DNA of 62,944 bases, filler included, from Olpidium bornovanus S191 (lineage: Eukaryota; Fungi; Olpidiomycota): NCBI GenBank assembly GCA_017911155.1. It is 27 parts of 27 records of this genome, joined end to end, with 100 filler letters (N's around TTAATTAATTAA, not from the genome) between each part and the next. Parts side by side here need not be neighbours in the genome. Positions count along the whole stretch, not along the records: positions 1 to 1,814 come from JAEFCI010009159.1; positions 1,915 to 3,820 come from JAEFCI010000474.1; positions 3,921 to 7,528 come from JAEFCI010010867.1; positions 7,629 to 9,983 come from JAEFCI010009357.1; positions 10,084 to 16,029 come from JAEFCI010003857.1; 22 more parts are not named here. One strand, 5' to 3'. This document shows, one piece after another, positions 1-12,766 of this stretch. Numbering within the stretch: the first letter of the stretch is position 1; each line of letters starts with the position of its first letter. The notes below the pieces were generated by a model. The model did not search any database, was not told the DNA's origin, and worked only from the letters and a program-made list of their open reading frames with translations. The position numbers and the translations under genes were made by a program.

Positions 1-1355
1 CATGGGTATGTAGTCGAGCTCCGGGTCGCGGATCCAACCGTGAACCGGCACCTTGTCTTTATGGATAAATTTGATGGCAACTTCCCGACCGTCTGAGATC
101 TGCCGCGCAGCGACGACGAACCCGAACCCGCCCGACCCCAGCTCATCGCCTATCTGATAACGGCGGGCAAATTCCGGGTTCAAGATATGCTTTGAGAGGT
201 ACCTGGCAGCGACCGTGAGCTTCTCGCCGCCGGGTCCTCCGTTCTGGCTTTGAGGCAGGTGCGCGGCAGGGTTGCCGCACACTTCAACGGCGGAAATCGG
301 CTGGGGATGAGGAAGGTGAGACGTGTCGTTCCGCTTGGGATCGTCCCCTCGGGTCTGGAGCTGCTGGTACGGTGGTATCACGAGGTTACATAAGCCCAGG
401 CTTTCCCTGTTCGCCCGCTTCGGCACCGCGGGGATTTTAGGCGTGTGCCCGTTCGTCGAACATCCTCCACCAGTCGCCGGCGCAGGGATGTTGCACGTAC
501 GCCCGAAATATCCCGGCGGCGACAGAGGCGTCGACGGAGCAATGCTGCGACCGAACACCGAATCCTGACAGTTCATCATCTCATGAGAATGCCGCCCTCC
601 GTACTCCGGCGGTCGGCGAAGGTACTCGGGACAAAAACAGTTGGGCTTGCCTGTTGGCGGGCAGCTATCGGGGGTTAGAGGCGGCTGGTGCCTTTGTTGA
701 AGCTGCAGACCCGGTCCCGGCTGGGTGTACGAAAAGAGGGTCAGGGGAGAGATGGGTGTGCTGGGCGACGGGCCGATGCTGTTCGAGGCGCAACGCGGCA
801 TCTTGCTTGCGAAGAAGTTTTTGATCATGGAGTGCTTCTTCGCCGGGAACTGCGGAGACACCTGCTGGGACGACGGTGAAGCCGCGTTATAGACTTGCAA
901 GGAGGGTCCCGCGTTCGGAGCTTGGGACGGCCGGTTTGCCGGCACAGATTGACCTGCAGCGAAAGGCGCGAGAAGGAAACGCGTAGGTAGAAAAACGAGC
1001 GCAAGTTTTCCGGTGAGCTGGCCGAATGCTCAACAAGACGGCGAAATAGCCGGTCCAAAGTCGTCCGACGATCGCTGACAGCGAGCGGCGCGCCAGGATG
1101 CCAGAGTCCCGCATCCGGCGGGGTTACCTCGCGGGACGACCGCATACACGTACCCCCAACGTGATCGTAGTTGACTCCCGACACTCGGCAGTAGCTCGCC
1201 GCGGCGACGTCAATTTTGGCGGGACGGGGTTTGGTTGCGAGCGCCCGGGCCGACGTCGCGGGAGCAGGGGCGGGAGCACCGAGAGACGAGCATATTGTGA
1301 TAGCCACCGCCGGATCACCGCAGTGCTGGGTTGCCGTGTTGGTCGTCGTCGCCAT
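1..1355 (-). CDS. Ser/Thr protein kinase, PIM/PAS-kinase-like; 5' part only (exons 1355-1154 and 953-1), truncated in the kinase N-lobe
   Basis: Manual translation of the minus strand (missing from the ORF track because it runs off the edge): YQIGDELGSGGFGFVVAARQISDGREVAIKFIHKDKVPVHGWIRDPELDYIPM, i.e. GxGxxG plus VAIK. Phase-matched intron: GTACGT donor at 1153, CAG acceptor at 954. Confidence 0.85.
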
Positions 1356-1814
1356 GTCGACCGCGCGGCTCACAGAAACTGGTAGGCGGGGCGCGGTGGT
1401 GGGTGCAGCGGCGAGTCAAAGCAGAAGCAGGCAGGGATCGGGGGGGGGCGGGGGGGAAGATGCGGAAGAGAAACGCTCGCAAGAAAAACACGGCAAGAAG
1501 GGCAGGACAACGAGGGAGCGGCTCGACGGAGATGGGGAGAAGGGGGGGGGGGGGGGGGGGGGGGGGGGGGAGGGGGGGGGGGGGGGAGAGAGAGTGCGGC
1601 CACGCGTCAACCGGATAGGGGAAGGGAGAGGAGAAGGCGGGGAGATTAAGCCTAATATTAGGTTAATGTCTATGAAAGCGGGGGGACGAGTGAAGATTAG
1701 AGATTAGGTTCACATCAGGCGTACACAAGCAATACAAAAGGTGGCTCCGCCGCAGAGGCGACGCAGACGGTGAGGATCAGTTTCGGCACACGACGTCCCG
1801 GGGGGGGGGGGGGG

Positions 1815-1914
1815 NNNNNNNNNNNNNNNNNNNNNNNNNNNNNNNNNNNNNNNNNNNNTTAATTAATTAANNNNNNNNNNNNNNNNNNNNNNNNNNNNNN
1901 NNNNNNNNNNNNNN
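1815..1914. other. Artificial contig spacer N44-TTAATTAATTAA-N44; first of 26 identical 100-bp spacers
   Basis: Same length and core at every gap (e.g. 3821-3920, 7529-7628, 9984-10083, 61288-61387); the core gives stop codons in all six frames. Confidence 0.99.
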
Positions 1915-2021
1915 ACCTAGTCAACAAATGTCAAAGGGTAAACCTTACCCGTCGAGATGGTTGCATCCGCCGACCGTTCGCCCGGGATATAAGGCTTTAA
2001 CTTCTTGTCGTGCCTCTGCAG

Positions 2022-3617
2022 GTTACTTCCATGATTGTGTCGCACGATTCCGGCTTTCTGGATAACGTGTGCACCGATATCATCCATTACCATAATTTCC
2101 AGCTCAAGCGGTATAAGGGCACACTTTCAGACTTTGTGAAAAAGGTTCCGTCGGCGAAATCCTACTACGACCTCTCGGCCTCGGTTCAGAAGTACACGTT
2201 TCCGAAGCCGGGTCTCCTGGATGGTGTGAAGACGCAGGAGAAGGCCATCCTGCGGTTGCGGAATGTCACTTTCTGCTATCCGGGCTCGGGCCGGAACCAG
2301 CTGGAGGACGTTTCGGTGCAACTGTCGCTGGGTTCGCGGGTTGCAGTCCTTGGCCGGAATGGAGCGGGCAAGTCCACACTAATCAAGTTAATGACTTCGG
2401 AGCTGGCACCGGACGACGGCACAGTGTGGAAGCACCCAAACCTGCGCATTGCGTACGTGGCGCAGCACGCGTTCCATCACATCGAGCAACATTTGGACAT
2501 GACACCAAATGCGTACATCCAGTGGCGGTTCGCCAGCGGCGAGGACGCGGAGGAACAGGAGAAGACGTACCGGCAAGTCACCGAGGAGGACCTTGCGCGC
2601 ATGAAGCAGGCGCACATGCGGCCTGATGGCATCGCCAAGGTCGTCGACCGGATCCTCGCCCGCCAGAAGTACAAGAACTCGTTCCAGTACGAGATATCCT
2701 GGGTCGGTTACCCGTCGACCGGCAAGAACAAGAAGACGACGTGGTTGCCCCGGGAAACCCTCGAAGAGATGGGCCTGACGCCGAAGCTCCTGGAGTTCGA
2801 CTCCATGTACGCCGCCGAGCAGAGTTACTCGCGGTAAGCGGTGGGCGTTGTTCAGATCGCGCCGTGTGTCTGCATTCGCTGCTTTGAGTCAGTTCCTAAA
2901 GGTTGCCCCGGCATCCGCCAGACCGCTTAACTTGAGAGAGGTTGAGAAGCACTTAATCCAGTTTGGTCTAAATCCCGAGTTTGGCACGCACGCCATGATT
3001 CAGGGCCTATCCGGCGGACAGAAGGTGCGCCTGGTTATCGCCGCAGCGATGTGGAACCGGCCGCACATGTTGGTGCTCGATGAGCCGACCAACTTCCTCG
3101 ATCGCGACTCGGTCGCCGCTTTGGCTGCAGCCATCAAAGAGGTTGGTTAATTGCGGCGGACGAAAGCCGGAACGCAGGAGGTCCGGATGGATGTGACACG
3201 TCCGCGAGGCCCCTTCCGCGCGTGCTAACCCACTCATGCCCACGGTTCCAGTATCAGGGCGCAGTCGTGATGATCACTCACAACGAGCAGTTTTACCAGG
3301 CGCTGTGCACGGAGAAGTGGCACGTCGCGGACGGCAAGGTCACACCCGAGGGCCAGAAGTGGGGATCCACGCGGAACATGGCGCTCGAGGAGCGCGAAAA
3401 GATGCACCTTCTGCACGCCGAGGAGGAGCAGGCCGCGACCGACGCGGCCGCCAAAGCGAAGGAAGGCAAGGTCAAGTCCGGGACCGCCGGCGGCCGCAAG
3501 GCGAGGAAGGACTTGGAGAGGAAGAAGAAGCTGAATCACGGCGTGCTCATCCAACAGGAGCACGTCACCGGTGACGCGCTCGTTCCCTCCAACCTCGGCC
3601 TCCTTAAAAAGCCCTGA
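2022..3617 (+). CDS. TEF3: Fungal elongation factor 3 (eEF3/NEW1-type ABC-F), C-terminal half; exons 2022-2833, 2922-3141, 3252-3617
   Basis: Walker A GRNGAGKST, chromodomain-like insert (VVDRILARQKYKNSFQYEISW), signature LSGGQKVRL, Walker B LVLDEPTN, H-loop VMITHN and K/R-rich tail; splice phases consistent. Confidence 0.92.
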
Positions 3618-3920
3618 CTTTGATCTTGGCCTCTTTCTCCCCCCCCCACACCCCCCCTTTCTTTTTTTATTTTTTCCGGTCTGAGGTGCAATATACCTCC
3701 ATGCAGCGCAAGGTGTCATTTCGGAACAATGGCACTTCGAGGAACTGCAAAGTGAAGTTAGAGATCAGTGCCTGGCTTCAGCGTCAGAGTGCGAAGCGCA
3801 TCCGTTCAATCGAGCCCACCNNNNNNNNNNNNNNNNNNNNNNNNNNNNNNNNNNNNNNNNNNNNTTAATTAATTAANNNNNNNNNNNNNNNNNNNNNNNN
3901 NNNNNNNNNNNNNNNNNNNN

Positions 3921-4851
3921 CATGTTGATGACATCCCCGCCCCAGGCGCGGTACAAATTGGACTCGGCCCGCGTGCTGAAGGCGGGACCCTCCATACACA
4001 CAAGCGTTTTGCCCTGATGCAGCGTCACTTGCCCGGCCAGTGCCGACGCCTGCGCGGAAATGAGATTGGCCAACGGCTTGCAGAAAGGGTCAGCGAATGC
4101 AACATGAGACGTGAGGCCACCCTCGAAGAACGTGGACGGCCTGATGCCCTTTGTGCGGTCAATAATCTGGTATGGGAGCACAAAGTCCCGCGGCCGGATT
4201 TCCTCCCTCAACGACCCCACTGCGGAGTAGGCGATGATGACCTGCACACCCAGTGATTTGAGGGCTGCTATGTTGGCACGAACGGGGATCTCAGACGGGT
4301 TAAACACGTGGCCCTGGCCGTGCCGCGCCAGGAAAGCGACCTGCTGTCCGCGCTCTGTCTTGGAGATTACGATCTGCAGTATTTTCGAACCAGTTGAGCG
4401 CCGTTAGAAGAAAAGGCTTTCGGCGGGGAGCGAGGTACGGAAAGCCACGCGTGCTTCCGTGTTTGACCGCCGAGGTTGTCTCCTCGATGATGTACAAGCG
4501 ACGCGTGCGCCTCCAACTTCCAGACCTTGTCAGACGGATAGCCCCACGGGGTCATCGGGTATACCTCCCGAACCGTCCTCAATCCCTCCATTGAATAGAG
4601 GCCAGAGCCTACGTAAAACGGACCAGGCGGGAATGTGCCAATTAGCTGACAGCGCAGGACGGCGCAGGCAGAAAAAAGCGTGGGTCGAAGGCGACCGCGC
4701 ACAGACGACTGCGACGCGACACGGAATAGTTCGCGAACGCGCGTTTTTGCGCGTAGCCCAAGCCCCCGCCTCACTCCAACCCCCCCTCCCCCCCCCGAAC
4801 TCTTTCACCTCCGATAACGGCTATCTTCAGGTCATCGGCGGCAGCCGCCAT
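3921..4851 (-). CDS. MEU1: 5'-methylthioadenosine phosphorylase; exons 4851-4809, 4608-4526, 4373-3921; 3' truncated
   Basis: [15 protein letters not shown]|SGLY...TPWGYPSDK|...VAFLARHG...[11 protein letters not shown]...[24 protein letters not shown]; canonical splice sites in matching phase. Confidence 0.95.
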
Positions 4852-5411
4852 GGCGTGGGCGCGGGAGAACAGGTGGTGGTGGTGAGGGGGGGGAAGAGGA
4901 GTCTGCTTGGGTGGGTGTTCGTGCGTCCGGTCGGAAACGAAAATGAGCACAGCTCACGAGAAAGAGGGCGAGAGGAAATCCGACTCTTTCTCCCGCGGCG
5001 CCACCCCCACCCACACCACCCCACCCTCGGACGCGCAAAGGGCATGAGATGTTTGTAAAACGGACCGTCCGCCTGCGGTCCTGCGGCCTTGCCTTAGCAC
5101 CTGGTCAGACTAGCCGGTCGGTATAGACCTGGTGACTGCCGAGTACGCGTGAACAGCGGGAAAGATTTTTGGTTCAGCTCCTTGTTTTGGTATTTGTAGC
5201 AGAGACGGGAAGCCCATCCTCCCGGCCCGCCCGGCAGTGGAAGTTATCATTGCAATGAATTGCGCCAATTATGTGCACACGGCGACTTGAGCTTCCGCCC
5301 CGGGATTCCTTTTCCTTTTCATTCCTGCAAATTACGTTGCCAAGAGCGGTAGAGGCGGTGGGGCGAACGGTCCGAACAAGATTGATCTTTACCGGGAGTG
5401 CGCGGATACCG

Positions 5412-6529
5412 TCAGTTTGAATCCGGATTCGCACGCGTCATCCCGTCGTCCGCCGCTGTGATCTTGGTCAAACCGGCGAGGAATTTTTTTATGGCCTCCG
5501 CGGAGTAATCCTCGAGCGCCGCGTTTTCCAGCACCACGCATCCCCACTTCTTCCACGTGGCCGCCGCCGCGGAAACGTCCTTCCGCGTCAGCTGCTCGCA
5601 GTCGCGGACATCAACGGTCCGGACGGAACATGGGCCCCCGCGCTTAGCGGCCCCGGCCCACGCGCGCGGCGTGATCGCCCAGTTGCCCGCCGCGTCCAAG
5701 CTCGTCAGCGCGCCGGCGGCGGGCAGCGACGAGAACACGGCCTTCCACCCGGCCGGCGAGATGTTGTGGCACCGGCGGAGGGCCAGCGTCCCGACCGCGA
5801 AAGGGACGGCGTGCGACCCCATCGCAAAAATGGCGTCGTCGCCGACGCAGGTTTTCGACAGGTCCAGCAGGCGGAGCGCGGCTTCCGGCCGCTGGACCCG
5901 CTTTCCCACCCAGTCCGCGAGCTTCGCGAACGCCGCCGCGCCGATGCCCCGGCAGCCCTCCAGGACGAGGGCCGCCAGCGTCGCCGGGAACCGGTCGATC
6001 ATCCGCTCGAATTCCGGGCTCGTGATGCAGCAGTTGCCGCCGAGATCGAGCACCCGCAGCCGCGGCGTGCTCTCCAGGAAACACGTGACCCACCGCGGGT
6101 CGACGTTCGAATCCCAAAATCCCAACTTCCTCACCGATTCCAGCTGCGCCCTGTACGACGCTCGCAGGCGCGCCGGAGACCGGGCGGGCCGGAACTCGGC
6201 GGGACGGATGGTGGAGCAGTCCAGGCTTCGCCACGAGTGTGTGGAGCGGCTTGCTCGGTACCACTGCAGCGGCAGGGGAGAAGGTGGGAGACAAGGGCAG
6301 TTTCGGAAACGTTGGCGAGTGAGCGAAAAATCTGACGGACTCGGAGAAGCGTGCCTCGCGGGGCCGTAATTGAGGCAAATTCCCGCCATCAGACCTGTCG
6401 ACAAACCGCCTGTGCAGCCAGACGGTCCGCGAGCGGGAGGTAGCCGAGAAGCTCCTGAAGTATCTCCAGCGGGAGTAGCTCGCAGGAGCGTCCCGAGCGA
6501 TGCGGCCGGCTCGGCTCGAACTTCCCCAT
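5412..6529 (-). CDS. F-box/leucine-rich-repeat protein (FBXL-type); exons about 6529-6395 and 6263-5412
   Basis: F-box LPLEILQELLGYLPLADRLAAQAVCRQ spliced to Cys-containing LRRs (LRVLDLGGNCCIT, LVLEGCRGIG, LDLSKTCVGD). Start codon uncertain. Confidence 0.8.
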
Positions 6530-7628
6530 CGGAGAGCCGCAAAGCCGTCCTTGAAAACTGACGGTGTGTTTTGCAGGTTCTGATCGCGGGGGTCGGCGTT
6601 TGGCAGGCGAGCCCAATTTCCAAACTGGCGCTCGGACGAACGGAAGTTGCTTCGAATTGTCGCGAACCGCGCTCCGCTCCAACGCTTACGCGTTGCCCCG
6701 CGTGCTGTCGTGTTCCAGCGCCCACGAGCTGCGCAACGCCTCTCCACGCCCTTTGTGATTACGCTCGCGGGTGATTTAGATTGGGGAAAGACGAAAACTT
6801 GTTTTGCCGTCGTTCAATGGTGTTGCCGTCAGCCCGACGCGTTTCGGACCCGCGTCATAGTAAATTAAGCCGCAAAGTAAAAATTTTCTGCGTGATACGA
6901 GCCTTGGCGCGTGCCAGATTCCGCTACCATGCCAACGGAGTCCTCCCACGACATCAGGAGGCACCGCAGCGCACACCCACTGATGGCGCAACTTTCGTAT
7001 GCATCCCCTATACGACCAAAACCGGGCCAGATTGGCATTTTTGATGTCACATGCATACCAAAATTTCGAATTGAGCCGCGGAGGAATCCTAGGACAGATC
7101 TTTCCCCTCATAGGCATATGCTTATATATACACTCATTGCGTGAACTTCAGTGGCGGTAGAAATATAAGGAGAAACATGGGCAGAAGAAGCGCGCCAGGG
7201 AGGAGATGGGAGATTACAGGCGGCGTAAAAATTCAAACAAGAAAATGAAGGTCGTCTTGCTTTGACAACTTACGGCTTGCGCCATGAAGGCCAGAACGGG
7301 GAGCGGCGAGGGCGGGGCACGGCAGGGTGGAGGGAGTGTGGTGTGGAAAGGGAAAGGATGGACAAGAGGCTGAGGAGGGAGGGGGGGGGGATGGTAGGGG
7401 GGGGAAAGGGGAGGGGGGGCAAGGGTAATTCAAAATGAGGAAAAGATACTTTAGGTTAGATGAATAAAGGACTCCCTTGCTTTGTCGCGCCCACGGGGTC
7501 AGGAACGACCAGCACATATGCAAAAGCANNNNNNNNNNNNNNNNNNNNNNNNNNNNNNNNNNNNNNNNNNNNTTAATTAATTAANNNNNNNNNNNNNNNN
7601 NNNNNNNNNNNNNNNNNNNNNNNNNNNN

Positions 7629-9983
7629 CCGCCGCCGCCGCTCCTCTTGTTCGGCCTGCAGTTCGTCCTCGTCGCCGTAGTGATGCTTCCGCCGCCGGTT
7701 GCCGGTTTCGTCGAACGCCGCGTCTGACACTTCTCGGTAGAACTGCACGTCCTTTGTCTTTTTCTTGCCAATAATAACCGGGTTATGCAAGTGCATGTGC
7801 AGGACGACGAGCAGCTCGTTGTCACACGGTTGGAAGAACATGAACCGGATGTTGTTAAATAGGATATCTGAAAACGTGGTTGAGCTTCGGGGTCAAAGGA
7901 GTTGACGGTTTGCCAACGGTTTTGCAGAACGAGCGCCGCGCGAAGGCTCACCAACTTTCTTGTCCTCCTGCATCAGCATCGCGTATCGCAGGCCGTTGCT
8001 GTGGATCTGCAGCTCTCCCGGGTACCGGCGCCCCTCCAGGCTGGGGCGGATAAAGACGTCAGGTAGAGTGACAGGCCGTTTCCCTCAATTGGCCAACCAA
8101 TGCGGTCAGAACACCGGACACCCATAGACACGCGCATTGCCTAAAAGTGGCAAGAAATGGAAAAACACCTTTTATATCGACCAGCTTGTCCTGCTCGACA
8201 ATATCTGCCATGTCTTTTCTTGCCGCCTCTTTCTTGCCAGCCGCCTTCTTCAACTCCGTGATGCTCTTGTAAATCTCGTTTATGCGGTACGTGTCGGAGC
8301 TTCGGTATGTGATGGATCGGATGAAAGTTGCAGACGAGTCCTCAAACACCTGGGGGGGGGCAGCTGACATCAGACGTGGTGCCGGTTGCAGCAAGGTTGT
8401 CCTTACCGCTGAAAACGTAATTCACCTGGTCATCCTTTTTTCCGGCCCCCTGTCCGGGGGTGACAAAGTTGAGTCGCAGGTACACGTAGTCCCCTTCGTC
8501 GCTCTTGCTTGTGGTCTTGAGTGTGGAGATGTGAAACGGCACGGGAATGCCGTATATAGGCAGGACGACGCTCTCGTTCTTGTGGTCGACCACGATCTGG
8601 AGGTCTCGCACTTCATTAGGCAGAGCAGTCTCCCGCTTGTAGGCCTCAAAGCGGCGAAACTGCCGCTGGTTCTTGTCACCGCCAATCTCTCCGCCAGTTC
8701 CCTCCTGACTGAACCGGGCCAGGCCCGCGGCCTGCTTTCGCGCGGCGAGTTCTTGCTGGTGTGCCCGTCGCTTTAGCTCTGCCGACTTATCCTCTTCCGC
8801 CTTCGCCCTCTCTGAGCGCGTTTTTGATGCCAGGACTTGCGTTGGTTTCGGTGGGCTCGCCGTCGGCTTCGTTTGCTTTTTTTTTTTCTCCTCCGTCTTG
8901 ACATCTTCCTCGATCGTTTCCTTCCGTCCGTCAAATCGACGTTAGGCTTGTCCTAACTTCGGAAAATCTCCGGCGCGATAAAAAAAAAAAAAAAACACAA
9001 AAGAAAGACACCACCGACCTCTATCCTGTAAACAACATCGTCGGTGTTTTTCCGTACATCGTCCGTCAAAACCAGCGGAGTGTCCCCACGGATTTGAACC
9101 GTGTCGATGATCGAGATGGCGTAGGTTCGGTTTCGCTCCTCCTTCTCGTTTGCCTTCTTTAAATCGTTGAATCCCAAAGATAGGTTAACGGCCATCCCCG
9201 TTTTCAACTCTCTTGTATTCTTCGGCCCAAGCGTGTACTGAGCCTCGCGAAACTCTAGTCCCATCTAGCGTTCTCGGCGGCAGGCGCACAACGGTCAGGC
9301 TTTCGCGGACGATCGAAGCTGCCCGAGTGTATTTCGTTAAAAAACGAGGACGCACCCCGAACCCGATGTTTTTAGGGAAGCGCGGCTCCAGGTCCGGCCG
9401 CTTGTTCCGGACGTATGCCAGCGCCTTGTTGTAGACATCACGAGCTTGAACGCCATCCTTCATCGCGTCGAGAACCCGCCCTTGTAATTCCAGGAGAAAC
9501 TCATAATTCTTGACTTGTTCCTAACGAGAGAGAGATGAACAGCTCGACCGATGAAACTCACAGGAGGAACGCTCGGCGTGTACTGCATTGCTTTCTCACG
9601 TTCGTCGGGTTGACCATGTAAGTTCGCCCCACGTTGGAGCAGTACTGCTTGTAGCGGATTCCCAGCGAACATACGATGGTACCGGCATGGAGCGTGTCAC
9701 TCGTTGAGACGGCGCTGGACCTGAGGTCATACTTGCCACCGCTCTGTATGATCGGCGTGTACGCAAAATCTAGGTAGTCCGGGTCGACCTGCGTTTTCCG
9801 GGCAAAATCTCGGCCCGCATTAGGGTGGCGGCACTTGCATGGCAAACGCGCCAGAACCCCGGCATGCATCAATAACAAAACGTGCCGCCGTCCCACCTCG
9901 TCCAAGTTAAGCTTCAGCTTCTTCCGCTCCCCTTCGTCGAAAATAGCATTCTCCGTGCTCTCTGCGAGCTCGTCGTGCTTCAC
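7629..9983 (-). CDS. SPT16: FACT complex subunit SPT16, internal multi-exon part
   Basis: [96 protein letters not shown]. Confidence 0.97.
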
Positions 9984-10157
9984 NNNNNNNNNNNNNNNNN
10001 NNNNNNNNNNNNNNNNNNNNNNNNNNNTTAATTAATTAANNNNNNNNNNNNNNNNNNNNNNNNNNNNNNNNNNNNNNNNNNNNCATGAGCGGGAGCTCGT
10101 TTCCCAAAGACAGCAGTCAACGAGGTCCATCCCCGCGTTTGTGTTCCCCGTCCGTAC

Positions 10158-11018
10158 CAACTGCTGCAGAAAAAAGTCTGTGTTCCACGCCTGACTTGCG
10201 AAGTTGAAGATGTGGCTACTGTCCACGATTGTACAACTTCTCATCATGACGTCGTAGAGGGACCTTTCGGCATCCGGGGTGCCTATCGAAGACGAACAGC
10301 ACAGTCCGTTATCGCTTCTAGCGAGCGTCATCCAGGTTCAGCGCGGTCGGGGTGCCGCGGTGGTTTCCGCAGCCGAGGTTTTTGATTCCGTTGGATAGCT
10401 GAGAGCGCGCCGCAAGGAATCCAGGTGCTAACCAGCCAGCCACTTCGCCGCAAAAGTTCTTGAGAGCCCTAAAGGGGCATGTACACACCGTCGACCCAGT
10501 AATTCAGGCTCTTCAAAAGTTGCCTCTGATGCTGGTTGTATATCACATCGACGGCAGCTGCCGACAGGAAAGGCGGCACGCCTTTCGCGCAATTAAAAGG
10601 CAATCTTGCAAGCACGTGAACGCCATTGGTCTGCCGTGCGAGAAGGGGGAAAGGAGGTGAGGAGGGGGATCAGTTGGGAAGCCGGAAGGGACAACGCTCC
10701 GTGCTGGGCGGAACTGTCGGCAATCTGCACACTTCTCACTCAAGGTCTCACCCGGGTTGATGTCACGGAGGGTGACAGTACAGCCCGAGTCGCGGGACGC
10801 GGGCAAATCTGCGGGTTGCGGGGGCCGGGAGAGGCCGCAGTTGCTGCGCCGGACAAGCAACGCGCGGCATGAGGCGGAAACATGCCGGGGGCGGCGGCCG
10901 ACCAGCGAGAGCCTGCCGGAGCAGGCGGAGGCGCAGCAGCGGGCTTTCTCCGCGTTCCCCTGCCGGCCGCGGCCGCGGCGGCCGCCGCGAGTCTCCGCCC
11001 GCCGCCGCCCAGGACCAT
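10158..11018 (-). CDS. RSM26: Fe/Mn-SOD-fold protein lacking metal ligands, probably mitoribosomal mS42/mS43 (Rsm26/Mrp1-like); exons about 11018-10752, 10630-10489, 10282-10158; 3' truncated
   Basis: Manual splicing gives an Ala/Arg-rich presequence-like leader, then HVLARLPFNCAKGVPPFLSAAAVDVIYNQHQRQLLKSLNYWVDG|TPDAERSLYDVMM...IFNFASQAWNTDFFLQQL; both introns phase-consistent. Confidence 0.7.
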
Positions 11019-11143
11019 TTCTTTTTTAGGGGCGAGGGGTTGCTGCGGTCGCAGACGCGGCGACGTTTGGTGTTGTTCCTGTTGTTGTTGTTGTTGCGTC
11101 CCGACCCCCGCGGGCGTTGCGGACGTTCCGCACACAAATTGGG

Positions 11144-11145
<2 letters not shown>

Positions 11146-11179
<34 letters not shown>
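11146..11179. repeat. (CA)n microsatellite
   Basis: Direct reading; similar (CA/GT)n tracts near 30356-30383 and 62755-62780. Confidence 0.95.
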
Positions 11180-11184
<5 letters not shown>

Positions 11185-12766
11185 CCGCCCTCTTCCACGA
11201 TGCCCCGTCATCTGCAGCTGAACCCCCGTCGGCTGTTCCGTCACTTCGTCCGTTGCCGTCACCTCGTTGTCGTCGCATAACCAAGTGCTTTGCACAGTTA
11301 TTGCTTCCCGCGAATCCAACCAGCCGCGCAGGTGTCATCACCGCCTTTGACTATTGGGGCCCCCCGGAAGTCACATCAGATTCACACTTTTTTTTTGGTT
11401 ACGATGCTGGCCGTGTTAGTTTCGGGTCGGCCTTTGCAAACTTTTGTATGCGCATTGTGTTACTTTTTTTTTGTTTACTCAATTTGATATTGTTTCGCGC
11501 GAACGGGAACCATACCGGGGAGAATACGGTGGTTTTGTGGTCGGTATTTCATTCGCGTGGGATTTCGGTGGTTGATGACCACCCGGCCCCCTTCTTCCCC
11601 GCCCCCCTCCCGCGTCCTTCCCGCGGGAGAAACTCCCTTCGGAAGTTGTGAGTGGACGGACGCCGGTGGATCGAAGGCGACGGAGGAGTTTCAGCCTCCT
11701 CGGCAGTGGAGGAAGAGGAAAAGAAGGGGGGGGGCACCTCTCGTTGTTGTTTGTGACTTCGTACCGCGCCGTCGTTCTGCCCACTGTTTTGATGGGCAAA
11801 TTGGAGCACGGTGGAATGAGCATCTGGAAAAGCTGGGGGTCTGGGCACCCGCGGCAGTGGGGCCCGAAGGTCCTTTCCTGTTGGATCGCCCCGCCCCCCC
11901 GCCCCCCCCCCCCCCCCAGGGGGGAGGGTTTTTTTCCAATGTCTTGCGGCAAAAGGTCAACGGGAAAGAGTGTGCGCATCCGGAATAACGGTGGCTCGCG
12001 TGGGGGAGCCGCCCTCTCCGCCTGTTTTGCAAACTAATCCGCTTTTGTTCGCGCGCGTGCAGCACGGTCTATTTTTTTTTTTTTTTTTTTTTTACGCGTT
12101 TTGGTTTATTTTTAATTCGGGCTGGTGGGAAATATAATGACGCTTTTTTTTTCTTCTCTTTCTAAATTTCATGGCAACCGGGCCGTGGGGGGAGAAAAGG
12201 GGGCAAAGCAAAGGAAGAAAACCGCCGCTTTGCGGAGAAACGCGTTGCCACGCCGACCGCGTTTTTGGGGAACTTTCTCGCGGGGGGAAAAGGTAAAAAG
12301 GCTGCGCCCCGCCTTTGCTTTTATTGACGGCCCGGGAGGCGCCGGGGGAGGGGGGCCATATTCCAGCCGCAAATCCCGAAAGCGAGAGAGAAACGGAGCC
12401 CCGTTCGCCTTTTCCTTCCACGCGCCGGCCCCCTCCCCTCTTCGCCCCAACGGCGCCGCACGCCAAAAACCCCGTCGGGAACTCCATCGCGAGAGAGAAA
12501 CGGGGAACCACCCCGGCTTTCCCCACCTTCCCACGCTTCCCCCGCCGGGACCTGCGGCCGTAGCTTCTTTTTTTTTTTTGCAGGGAAACCCCGGCAGCTC
12601 CAAAAAGACTCCCTTCCGGTGCGCGCGCGCGCGCGCGCCCATCCTCCTCCCCTCTCCCCCTCTCCGGGACCGACAAAAAGCCGAATTTTTTAAAGCGTTG
12701 AAAAGGGGGGGGAAAATGCTTGGCAACAAGGACAAGAAAGCGGGAGGGGAAAACCGCGGGCCGGTC

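Noticed and set aside
1651-1662. 12-bp perfect palindrome CCTAATATTAGG upstream of the kinase
   Set aside because: A single short palindrome is expected by chance in 60 kb; no second copy.
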